Assembly (NCBI GenBank): GCA_051530055.1
Contig: CM121341.1
Span: forward strand, 11,758,784 to 11,822,783
DNA length: 64,000 nucleotides
Reading direction: 5' to 3'
From: Neoechinorhynchus agilis
Lineage: Eukaryota; Animalia; Acanthocephala
The position numbers were made by a program, and so were the translations under genes. Under the pieces are notes generated by a model. That model made no database searches. It had not been told where the DNA came from and was given only the letters and a program-made list of their open reading frames with translations. Positions 52,911 through 64,000 of the stretch are shown piece by piece. Every line of letters begins with the position of its first letter. Position 1 is the first letter of the stretch.

Positions 52911-55245
52911 AATGTTAAAACGAGCACGTTTATGTTATATATCTGATGTCAGCAGTCTAAGACTTGTATTTATAAGTAAGTCATAATTAAGATGAAATAA
53001 TCACTGTGTGCCGATCTGAACATACTTGCGTATGATCTAACTTATTGGCAGATAAAAAGTGGGCAAATATCGACCTCCCCGTCTGGTATCTTAATGCTTA
53101 AATGTTCCCAAATTAGGTACATTTGACTTAGCTGATTTGTTGTAACACATTCCATAGATTTCGAGCGATGTCGGACTACGTTCGCTGAGAAAAACTCAAA
53201 CAAGAAAATACTTCTAGCTAACGGATTTACTATTCTTAGATATCCTCACACCTTTAAAACGTTTGTAAGTGTTCTTGTGTAAGATACGCATCCAGCATCT
53301 CACAGGAAGCGAAAACGATTTCGGTTTACGCTATAGTAGATATCGAAAAACTGGGCTATAAAGTGCCGCGTTTTTAATTACGTCATCGTATAAGTGAAAG
53401 TCCTTAGTTCTTTAAAGAGAATGGGTGTTATGCTAAAGTTCTCTTAGAATGACGCTATAGTTTCACCATCATACTTGGGTATAACATCGAAAAGATGAAT
53501 TGAAGATTATCCACCACGATTGCCATTTGTCAAAATTAGCCCAAAATAATACACAATCTGATTGAGTAACAATAGCCGAGTTGGATTAATCGTGTACGTT
53601 CGGTTTTATAGAGTTAGAACTAAGGTAATGTGAAGTTGACGCAAATCAAAGCGGCTAATTGAAAATAAATAACACATCAACAAATTTGGCCAACTATTGA
53701 CTAATTGCCAATAATGGTATAATCAGATCACAGCGCTTTCAAGAAATCCATTCTAAAAGAGAGGAATTCTGAAAGTGCTTTATATGCTTTGTACCAAATT
53801 CAACCAAGTACCGCAACGGTCTCGGGGGAATTTCTTAATTTGAGACGGCATTGGATCCACAAATAGCGAGGCGGTACTAACTTGAACATTTGATTGGGGT
53901 TTCAATATTTCGTAGTCATTAAATTCGAAGATGTGTTTATTATTGTGAAGGCGTTCAAATTTCAGTTGAGGACAAAGAGAAAAATTCACGTGTAAATGTG
54001 CGTGAAAAGACCTGTACACGACCAAATCGTGTCACAATTGAATCTCGGTAACACATCTTAGAAAGATGTGACAGTGTCGTGCGGTGAACGCTGAAAAAAT
54101 GATTTACGAGATATAGACTTCGTTAACAAAGGCGAAAAACCTTGATGGATGAATGAGATAATTTTCATAAGCGAAATTCGACCATTAACAAACCTTCAGT
54201 GTAACGTTCTTGTTCGTTCTAAAGGTCGTGTGCGTCGTAAAACTTGATCGAGTAATGTAAACGAATCCAACCAGCGCTCCAAGGCAACCTTTGCGAACGA
54301 CAACATTATTAGAATTGACGGCAACGCCTGTAGAGACGTTGATTGTTGAAGGATATAACACAGCCTAAGACGTTAAAGATTTTTAATAACCCCCCCCATT
54401 ACTAAATTCAAGACCTTCAAATCTTCTTAAATAGTGGAAGAGGGCCCATTTATCTTAGAAAGATACCGGACGGCGCAAGACAGTTTCATGTCGAATTGTA
54501 TACCATTGAATCATCAGTGTCCAATAATAGGTTTTGATGACGATAAGCTGTTCACACTTCTAAATACGGATTCTAATCTGGATTCAATGATTTGGATAAT
54601 AAAATTCTACATTTGCGCTAGGACTTCAAATTAAATTGAATCATTTCAATTTTTCAAAAGCGCCGAAATTCTAAATTTTCTTACATGTTAAATTTTACAA
54701 AAAGCCATGAACATAGTCGATTGAAGGCTATTTTTAGAGCGATATTTTCTTAAAAAAAGCGGCGGAACGACACAAAACCATTTTAAGGAAAAACCAGCCT
54801 CCTATTGTTTGATATCTAAGTTTCACAGTTTTAATTTCCACAAAATGAACTTGAGCACGTTCATTTGGTCGAATGGAAATTTCAGCAGTCAATTAAGGAC
54901 GTTTGTGCGACACGTGTTGTCTACTTTTGACCAATGACGTTCTAATAGAGGAGAAGCATATATGGAAAACCACACATTTTTTTAGCGAAGGTCAGAAACT
55001 TGTTTACAATGAGCTCAATGAATTTTTTTTAAGAAAAAAATCTAAAAACCAGACCTCCACCTGGCCAAGACCCATCTGCTCAGAACACGTGGTCGTTCAT
55101 TTCCCTACAATTTTAATCGCATACGCACATGCACAACGCTGCTTTCGCGGATATAAGGGTGTGGTCAACGATTTAAATTTGTCAAACAAAAACGCGTTCG
55201 TGAATTTTGGTTAATCGCACCTACAACAAAAACAACTAAGCAGCA

Positions 55246-56117
55246 ATGGTTAATAGCACGAACGCTACTCAAGACAAGCAAACAAGTGAGTCAAATGACC
55301 AAGACAAGGCGATGAGTGAATGGAAAAGACGAGTTTCCGTTGACTCACATATTCCAAAAGAAGGGATTATTGTGATGAACCGAGTATTTGTTAAAGGAAT
55401 TCCCAAAAAAGCTGTCTATAATGACGTGTACGAAGCTTTCAGCCGATTTGGGTCCGTGACTGATGTAAATATCATTCATGATGAACACGGATACTCAAAA
55501 GGGTGAGCTTCTTTTAATATACTAAATCGTATATTTATTTCAAAATCTACTATGCCTAGATTCGGATTTATAACTTTCGATAATACTTCAAGCGCTCTTA
55601 AAGCTCTTAAACATGAGGTGAGTACCTTTTGTTTGAGAAATTGGCATTTGAAAATCGGTCATCGCAGAAGCCAATTAAAATAAATGGAATCATTGTTGGA
55701 ACCGTTGCTCCGGCTATCAAAAAAGGAGAAATAAAGCGGTCTTCAAACGATCTAATTGATAGCGCATTAATCAGACCCGGATTTGAAAAATCCTCGCCCA
55801 CATCGTCTATGTTTCATTATCCAGCCACAACTTCGACTACCACCGCCGTCACAAACGTCCCCACTACTTTTTATCTCCCTTTTCCCTCAGCGGCGACGTC
55901 GCCGACTTCACCCATACTAACGATCCCATCATTTGTTCAATTCCAATCATCGGCCGCGGTACAACCACCGACGACAACGTACCTCATGAACCCGTCACAG
56001 CCTCCGCCATTCTGCTACTTTGGGATACCGACAACGCCCGTTGTTACCAACAATGGCTACTTTGCAGCGTCTGCAAACTGTGATCTCAATTCCATTGCCG
56101 CCCAAATGCCCTATTAA
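55246..56117 (+). CDS. boule: BOULE/DAZ-family RRM protein; exons 55246-55502, 55560-55617, 55668-56117
   Basis: EGIIVMNRVFVKGI (RNP2), SKG|FGFITF (RNP1) and APAIKK, followed by a P/T-rich tail. GT-AG introns of 57 and 50 nt keep the frame. Confidence 0.78.
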
Positions 56118-57355
56118 AAAGGACGGTTCTTGGGGGGCTAAGAAAAGTCCTTCTATACATGGGCAGTCCTTTATTCCAGGTCTCACCACCGCCCCCGTCG
56201 ATGGTACCGCCACCACCTTATTATCAACTGTTGGCCGCCGCTGTCGCTCAACAAAATCAAGGAAATTACTGCTAAACGAGAGATTGGCTTTTTCAAATCG
56301 CTACTCAATCTCATAAACGCATGCACGAGATTTAAGAGGTTTACGCTTAGGGAGCAGGAGGCGGACTCGTTTGGGACACATTGAACATTACCGGAAAATA
56401 AAGGGCAAGTCAACACCTTTCTCAAAAATGAAACGTCAGCACGTGACTCTCCTCACTCCCTTGAGACAATGAAAAAGTTCGTCGTTCCCTTTTTCCCGAA
56501 AACACATACTGACTAACATTACTATTCGTCATTTTAATATCAAGTCAATCATGTCTCTCAATTGAACGAAAATTGCATTCTTGACAAATAATCCTGCGCT
56601 TAATTTGCGAAACTTCTAGTCCTCGTGATCCTGTTATCCGTGTCCGTGAAATTCTTTTTTTGGTTTATTAGTCATACTTTCTAAATTACGTTTGTGATCA
56701 CAAAACCACAATTTGAACCGTTCATTAATTTTTTAAAAGTTCTTTTTTTCAAACAAGAATATTAAAATAGGACTTTAAAGACCAAATCTACTCAATCCGC
56801 CCTGTGGCGCAAGTTCAGGTATCTCATATACATTTTAATCGAAATTTTTAATGCTTTTAATTGTTTGCGTTATACACGAAGATCTCGAGTTCCCCACTTG
56901 AATTTAATATTGAACGATTTACCTGCGCTACAAAAGGAGTTTTTTCTAGATTACATTTCGCCTATTAATAAAGCATTTGAACGTACTTTATTTCCAATTT
57001 CTCTCACTTTTTCCGCACCTTTAGAATTTTTCGACTAATAATCGATAGACTGAGCAAATTGATCCAATACTAATAATTTATTCGACTTGCTCTTTAAAAC
57101 CACACTAGAAATACAAGACTTTTTGTTCCACTAACACTATTAGTAAAAGAGCAAAAAAGTAATCATTTTTATGCAAAAAAGATACTCAAGTAGTTTTGCA
57201 AAAAAAATTGTTATCAATTTAAAATATAAACGAGACGACTTCTCGATATCTCGATCGTTAACAATTTATAAACATTCAGATAACTATCAGTATTTGAAAA
57301 ATGGCCCTCGAAAATAAGTGATTCGAATGAAATTTCAATGATTAATCTTTGAAAT

Positions 57356-57940
57356 TACAGTGGAACGTCGATTATCTGAAAAAGTCAATTATCCGAATAT
57401 ATTTGTTGTCAACTACATGAACATTATATAAGTGCATTTTCTAACCGCAAAATGCTTTAGGGTGATTTCGCTTAAGGTCAAACGTGCGATACTCTGCCAG
57501 GAAAAGGAAATTTTTGATTCGGAATCAGTTTATTGTCAAATTCTTTTGTTAGTTGTGAATGTGGCTTCAAATTCGAAAACGATCGCAATGCCTTGAACGT
57601 ATAAACAAAACTTGAACTAGTGAATCGTCCTGAGAAAGGAACACGTCTCTAGCACAGTTTTATAACGTTGGAAATTCAACAATTTCCAGTCTTGCAACGA
57701 AAAAACGAAGATGTTCGATGGTACAGAGAAAATAAGTGATTATTTTAAACAATAAGCCTAAAATTATGTAAATCTGTCCCGGTTTCGCATTTTTCTACAA
57801 CTTCCCTCGCATGTTAAAAACGTTGATATCTGAAGTCTTGCTTTAAAAACTTGATACATCCAATTGAGTTTTCGGCTATCCGAAATTTTTTTATATCCGA
57901 ACGTTGTCCGATCCCAATTAATTCGGATGAAGACTTTCTA
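57356..57940. mobile_element. Degenerate pogo/Tigger-like non-autonomous DNA element
   Basis: Left end TA-CAGTGGAACGTCGATTATCTGAA...TTATCCGAA. The right end (about 57865-57940) has decayed TATCCGAA/TTCGGAT motifs. Confidence 0.45.
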
Positions 57941-58507
57941 CAACATTTTCAACAATAACGCGGTGAATTTACGAAATGTTTGATCAATGAATTTTAGAGA
58001 ATAATGGTTTCGAAACACTCTTCATTAGAAAAACGAGGTCCTACACAGCTTTTGTTTCGTTCAATAATTCGGCCGTACGGTGCTCGGTTTTTCTTATGCA
58101 TTTTAAAAGACCATTTGCTGGTATTAAACGACCTTTACAATCTTCAATGTTCATTTTGCCGCGTACCGAACAGTGCAGAATGACATAAACATCGTTAATT
58201 TGAATGTCTTTCGAATTCATGAATTTAATTTGATTATTTGAGAACAACATACAAATGAGTAATCATCAATAAAAAAATGTTTCAAGACAGGATAGAATAT
58301 ATATTTATTCCGTGTGTTTTAAGTTGTGACTTTTTTCACGACAGCCCACCGATCTGGGTCAGGGAAACACAGAATAAAAGTTGCCGGCAAGCCAGACTTC
58401 AAAAAATACTTTCTCATTGAATCGAAGCAACAAACTGATGAGGGGAAACTTCCACTAGCGTATTTTCTTTTCGGAGCTACCACATCACAATAGAAATTCG
58501 TCAAAAA

Positions 58508-58720
58508 TCAACAACAGCAACATTTCTTTGAACTTTTCTCTCACTTGAGAGGTCGTTCCTTTCAGCATTGTCGGTTTTCGTCTTTGCTCTTCGCCTTTCC
58601 GAGCGTCTTGAGATCTCCGCCCACACTGTCCTTCCACCTCTTCTCGGGCTTCCCTCTTCTCCTTTCCTTCTCGAGATCGATTCTCCATGTGCTCTTCACC
58701 CAGGCGTCTTCATCTGGTAC
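58508..58720 (-). mobile_element. RTE-clade LINE, short 3' copy
   Basis: Highly similar to 11126-11330 (DEDAWVKS.WRI.LE...KRW.DSV.GD) with the same (GTT)n-like tail. Confidence 0.8.
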
Positions 58721-58828
58721 CATCGCATCCGCCTCCGCGATTGCCTCCTCGAACTCAAAAATGAGCATGAAATTCTTACGTTGCTCATGTTCTAATTTCC
58801 TCAATTTCAGTCTTAAACAAAGCAAAAG

Positions 58829-59542
58829 ATGAAGCATAGAAGGCGAAAGATCGTAAAACGTTCATTGGTGTTCTATCGGCATCATTTCGGTCTAAGTAAA
58901 CCATACACAGTCCTTGTTGATGGTACATTTTGCCAGGCCGCGTTAAAAGATCAGATCAACATAAAAGAACAGTTGATTGCCCATTTGAGTGATAATCAAG
59001 TAAATGTTGAAACTACTCAATGCGCTATAAAAGAGCTTGAAATGTTGGATAAAATGCCTGGTACAAAAGGAATCTACGGCGCTCTATGCATTCTCCGTCA
59101 GTTCAAACAATCAAACTTATGTGCTCATTCGCCTGCTTTACCAACTGAAAACTGTTTTAAAAACATTTTGGAGAATGCTCAATGCAGTTTGTTTGTAGCG
59201 ACTCAGAGTGCATCACTAAAGGAGCTTGTAAGGTACAACCTTCCAGGAAATCCTATCATTCTTATCACTCATCGCTCAGTGAACGTAGAAGCGCCGTCTA
59301 AGGCGACCAAAGCTTTAGCTGATGCTCAAACTAGGAAAAAGGTCCGAGATCAATTAGATGCGGAAAAAATGGACGTTTTAAAGGAACTTGAGCGCAGTAA
59401 AAAGAATGATCTCCGAATGGTTGGCTATAAGCGCAAAGCAAAAGGCCCGAATCCTTTAAGTTGCCTGAAACGTAAAGAAGAACGCCTTGCGAAAAAACGA
59501 CGGAGGGGGAAATCTAAAAGATCGATTCTCAATTCGGAATAA
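58829..59542 (+). CDS. UTP23: rRNA-processing PIN-like protein UTP23 (intronless)
   Basis: MKHRRRKIVKRSLVFYRHHFGLSKPYTVLVDGTFCQAAL, TTQCAIKELE, FVATQ and KRKAKGPNPLSCLK. Confidence 0.9.
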   Translation: MKHRRRKIVKRSLVFYRHHFGLSKPYTVLVDGTFCQAALKDQINIKEQLIAHLSDNQVNVETTQCAIKELEMLDKMPGTKGIYGALCILRQFKQSNLCAHSPALPTENCFKNILENAQCSLFVATQSASLKELVRYNLPGNPIILITHRSVNVEAPSKATKALADAQTRKKVRDQLDAEKMDVLKELERSKKNDLRMVGYKRKAKGPNPLSCLKRKEERLAKKRRRGKSKRSILNSE

Positions 59543-60261
59543 AATTCTATCTTATTATGGCGCAAGTTTTTAGTTCCTCCCTAATCACGTGCGTAGTCCG
59601 AACTTAATTCAATTTTAAAATCATAACCAATAACATCAATTTTGAGTGCATTAAATTCATTATTGATTTTATGACCATAATTCGGCCTAGATGCGTTGCA
59701 CGATCGGTTCCAAATATTTTAAGACTTTGTTCATACCCAAAATCCACACAATCAAATGCTTTTCCATTCTTCCACAATAAAGTTTTTTGGCGTGTTAATC
59801 GTGGGTGATTTTAAGGCAGATTGCAATTATGTTTTAATTTTTTTACTACGAATTCTTTGAATTTGAGATTTTGCAAGTCCCATCTCTCGGATTTCTTCGT
59901 AGATACTTTAACCGGCAACTGTCTTTATCTGCGAAGAAATCCGTCCGATTTTCGCGCAGCGTTCATTCTCGTCGAGCGTTATCGCCAATAACTTGTCATT
60001 TTAAAATTATCATCGCTTTATTTAACGTTAGGAAGTAAATTTGGTTTAGAAGGAGCAATTGGAATGAACCTTTTAACATATACGATAGAATATATTTCGG
60101 CTTGCATATTGACCGCCAACAACTAAAGAACTGCACTTTTCCGTTTCAGTTTCGAATAACATTTCGATACTTGTAAAGAAGCGTAACTTTTCTCGGTAAA
60201 ACAATGTAAATTGACTTCCTGCCCAGATAATAATAACACGTTTTTATTAGTTAGTTAATGC

Positions 60262-60850
60262 ACAAAGAAGAAGAGGACCCATGTACCTTTGAGTCAGCTC
60301 TGATTGGATAAATGAATCTGGCTATCGATTTTGGAGTGGATTACGAGTCCGGACGGGTGAAAATATTCGGTCGGGGTTTGTAGGAGCGCTTGTAAGGTTG
60401 GTCTTTCCTTAGAATCATTTCAGGTTATTATATCCGAGAATATTGGGCAGTGTTGAGAAAGGAGCGATGACACAATGAGGTGCGAGGTATAGGAGGGTGA
60501 AACGAATTACGATCACGAGTGTTGTGCTCGTATGAAAAGGGAGCGATATGTTGAAGAAATTGTGGTGGTAGGGTTGATAGGCGTTTTGATTGTTTTTTGA
60601 AAATAGCATCAAGGCATTCGGTGAGAGGGCTAAAGTCAATTGTACAAATTTTAGATGCTCTTTTATAAAGAATTTCACGACGACGGATTTGTTGAGATTT
60701 GGAAAGGTTGCAGAAGACGGGATAACAGTAGGTGACGGATGGTAAGATAAAGCAGAAACAAAATTTGTAGAGGTCGGGTGAAGGGATTCCTAAATGTCGG
60801 AGGCATTTGAGGAGATAAATTTTAAAGTCGATGTGCTTGAGGGAAAGAGT
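60262..60850 (-). mobile_element. LINE family A, 5'-truncated copy
   Basis: Reverse-complement similarity to about 7423-7890. Ends with AAAGGTACATGGGTCCTC plus a (TTC)n tail. Confidence 0.8.
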
Positions 60851-60939
60851 CTATTCGGCATAGGCAAACCATGGATCGAACGCTGTCGCTGAATAACTGA
60901 AGCAACATTCTATATTAGTTACTATCCGTTTTTGGAAGT

Positions 60940-63900
60940 CATAATCTGATCCACTGCATGGATTTGTTGAACCAGTCTGCTGAGGAAATCCACTCAAAGG
61001 GTAGTCTCGACAGGTTTTCAAGAATGCACAGCGGAATTTTAGGTGTTGTTCTGGAGGCCTTCCTCTGGAATAAAAAACTAGGCCTGAAAAAGCCCAAGAG
61101 CACCATATTACTTTGCATATCTTGGCGCTAAGCCCAATACGAGCGGCACGTCTCGCCTTAACTCTGGCTGTCTTTAAAAGTTTTTTCATCTTGTGTACAT
61201 AGGAGGCGGGCGAGAGGTTATTAGTGAAAGCATAACCTAAAATATCAAGCTTCTTATAGGCAGGGTCGAAATCTAACCCAAAAAAGTCCTTGATATAATC
61301 GCGGATGTTCTTCTTACCCACTCGAGATTTAGATTTGATTAAAAATTTCGTCTTCTTTTCATTCAAAGAGAGACCCATTTGAGGTAGGTGGGATTTTAAA
61401 AAGTTCAGCACGGCAGCCAGTTTCGCACGTGCTCTCATATAATTTAACTATTTTATAACTACAGTAAGGTCATCGGCGTACATAGTGACGCTACGACAAA
61501 TCGTGCAATTTTTAATCAAAAATTGAGTTGCCAAGCAAAAAAAGTATGGGTGATAAAGGTGAGCCTTGAGGAACCCCTTGAATTGATAGAATATAGACCT
61601 TGATGGATCATCTGCAAAGAAAAATCGTTTACATTTCAGGATGTTGTTCACCCTAGCAATTATTTTAAAAGGAAAACAAAAAATCTCAAAATATTCACCA
61701 TAAAAGCAATGTCAATATTATCAAAAGCTTTAGATATGTCGAACGAGATAAGAATGTTTGTTGACTTGGGGTGACTAAAAAGGTTATCTATTATTTTAGC
61801 AATTGCAGTATGAACAGATTTCCCTGGGAGGAAACCATGACAGCGTTCATCAATAAGGTGACGTTTAAAAGAAAAATCCATTATAATTTTGGCCAGAAGT
61901 CGCTCGTATATGGAAACAAACGAATTCTGAATGGAGATAGGTCTCACATCACTAGGTGAAGAAACAGCCCTACCTTTTTTTACAGAGAAATATTCTCTTC
62001 GCTATGTTTATCTGAGACCATTCATCAGGGGACGCTGCCAACATGTGCTCAGCGAAGGAAGTGATATTTGATTGATTGAGAACGTTGGTGGCTTTGAAAC
62101 AGGGGGAAGAACCATTGTTGGATGTAAGATTTCTTGAACCCCGCCAAATGATAAAATCATTCCGGCGTAAATCAAAACGACGAGGCTTAATTTGAATAAA
62201 ATTATTGAAGACCGGGACACTACTTGCTTCATTGCAATGTTCAATGCAAAGAGCGCTAATAACATCGTCCCACCCCGAGGTTTTAATCCAACTCGATGCG
62301 GCCCTTTTCCAGGGACAAAATCTTTTTGGTGCAACGACATGCCACCAAGGAGAGGAATAAGGCATAAAATAGCTAATTCGCTTACTGTCACAAGCTATTT
62401 GAAATCGAGTTCTACAGGGCCAGTATAAAGAGGGCCAAAACTTAATCGACTCCCGATCATCGATTGCCTTAGCCATAAAATGTTGTCGGCCATACAGAGA
62501 GAGTACTTTTGGTTTCTGCATTTTCGACCCGATACTTCTTGTGACCGTTGTTAAAATCGAGTCACTAGCTGTGACCACAAATTCATTTATGTCCTTGAGC
62601 TGATCAAAAGCGCCAAAAGTGAAAGCAAAATTTATGGCAGCGTAAAGATGTTGATGTTAAGAGCACTAAACTTAAATCTACGGCACAAAATAATATTCCG
62701 TCCCAATTCCCACACTAAGATATTGTGTCCAGCAATACGGAAAATTGATGATTGAGAACCAGTTTGGGTTTAACAAATGAGTTACTTCGAGCAAGACACA
62801 AGTCTAGAAAAGAATGAGACCTGCCGTCGGTAAACGTGGGATCCGCAGAAACAATATGGTCACGGGTATTATCCGAACGTAAAATGGCCTTTATCCATTT
62901 GTGAGATGGGTCGTTGAAATCTCCGAAGCAAAAGTCAATTCCGGATGCTAAAACATTTTTTATAAGATCTTTATTATGAGTGAGGTGTATTTTCCTAGGT
63001 TTAATATAGAAATTACCTAAGAGCAATTTCCTCCAATAGAAACGTATTGAAAATAAAGCGTAAGATAAATCTGGGGAAGTAAACTCGGAAATTAGGGTTG
63101 GTTGGAGGCAAGTTTTAAAAATGGATAATAAGCCTTGAGAGTAGTTTAAAAGGGGTTTTGTACAAAATAAAGAATATTCACTAGATAAAATATTAAAACT
63201 ATTCGGAAGGTAGTTAAGAGAGTACAGCGACTTAGTTTCTTGGATAAAAGTAATATCACTTTTCTGTGCTTCGGACAAAAGGCCAGGAATACCCAGAAGC
63301 CCGCCTGCGTTCCACTGCGCAATTCTCAATTCCATTGAGACCTACCCTTGATGAGATTTTGGACCCCGTCAGCACAAACCTGGGTTTATTCGCTTATGAT
63401 GTTGCTCACGAACTCCCCGACCTCTCGTACATGTCCACATCGTCTACACCTTTGCTACTTGAAACCAGTGCTCAACTGCGTTTGCAGGGTGCTGGAGCTA
63501 CCCCGGTCGCGATCTGAATATCTTTGAATTTTGTCGTGAGAGTTTCGATAAGACCGTTTAAGTGGGTAGACAGTCTTCTCTCAAGACACTGAATGGCCGC
63601 GGTGATTCGTAGATCGACCATGTCGAGGATTTTAGCGGAGAAATCAGGCAACTTCTTTTCCAAGGTGTCATCATAAGTCGTTCGTAGATTATTAACATCT
63701 TTGGATGTACCCAGTTGTTGCCTTGGGTATGTTTTTATGGTTGTATTATAGTCGTCGTAACGCGAAATCTCGTTTGAAGTAAATTTAACCTCCATGGATT
63801 GGAAGAAGGATCGCTCAGTGCATAGTGCGTCCCTCCGTTCGACCGCAGCTTTTACAATAGCTTTGGGAATAAACTTTCCCGTTTTTGATGACTTGAGGAA

Positions 63901-64000
63901 AAAGAACAATTTGACTCCGAATTTTTCCTCGAACGCTATCTTATCTGCATCATCAATATCTGGAGAGAGCCCAGAAACGATAAAGGTTGATTCATAACTT
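60940..64000 (-). mobile_element. LINE family B, long degenerate copy (ORF1 end, APE, RT, C-terminal RGRPPEQ block)
   Basis: QWNAGG, FIQETK, FGDFND, PTF...SFLDLC (APE); RPISI, HGFLPGKS, FDISKAFD, YADD (RT); many frameshifts. Confidence 0.88.

Overview
Eukaryotic, almost certainly metazoan, AT-rich and transposon-rich genomic DNA. BOULE, a TTBK kinase and GT-AG introns of mostly 44-57 nt point to an animal; a divergent 28S fragment suggests a fast-evolving lineage, but I cannot name the taxon. Host genes: THOC2 (3' part), hexokinase, MsrA, PIG-L (with an in-frame TAA), TTBK, BOULE, UTP23, several orphan ORFs, and pseudogenes of a CAP protein and a calpain. Mobile DNA: two Ty3/Gypsy remnants, three CRE-like RLE retroelements (one near full-length), RTE, Penelope and two APE-LINE families, a MITE-like foldback, a 261-bp satellite, and a 28S rDNA fragment that starts at the R2 target site. 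The main observation is that three unrelated conserved genes (THOC2, hexokinase, TTBK) are each interrupted by a short non-GT-AG insert with the same architecture: exon-TA | AA + long terminal stem ... stem + (A/T)A(T/A)A | exon. The stems are unrelated in sequence. Removing each insert restores the frame, and for THOC2 and TTBK it restores the exact conserved motif spacing. This suggests an undescribed class of structure-defined non-canonical introns (or precisely excised DNA elements) coexisting with ordinary spliceosomal introns. It is an inference from DNA only and needs transcript data.
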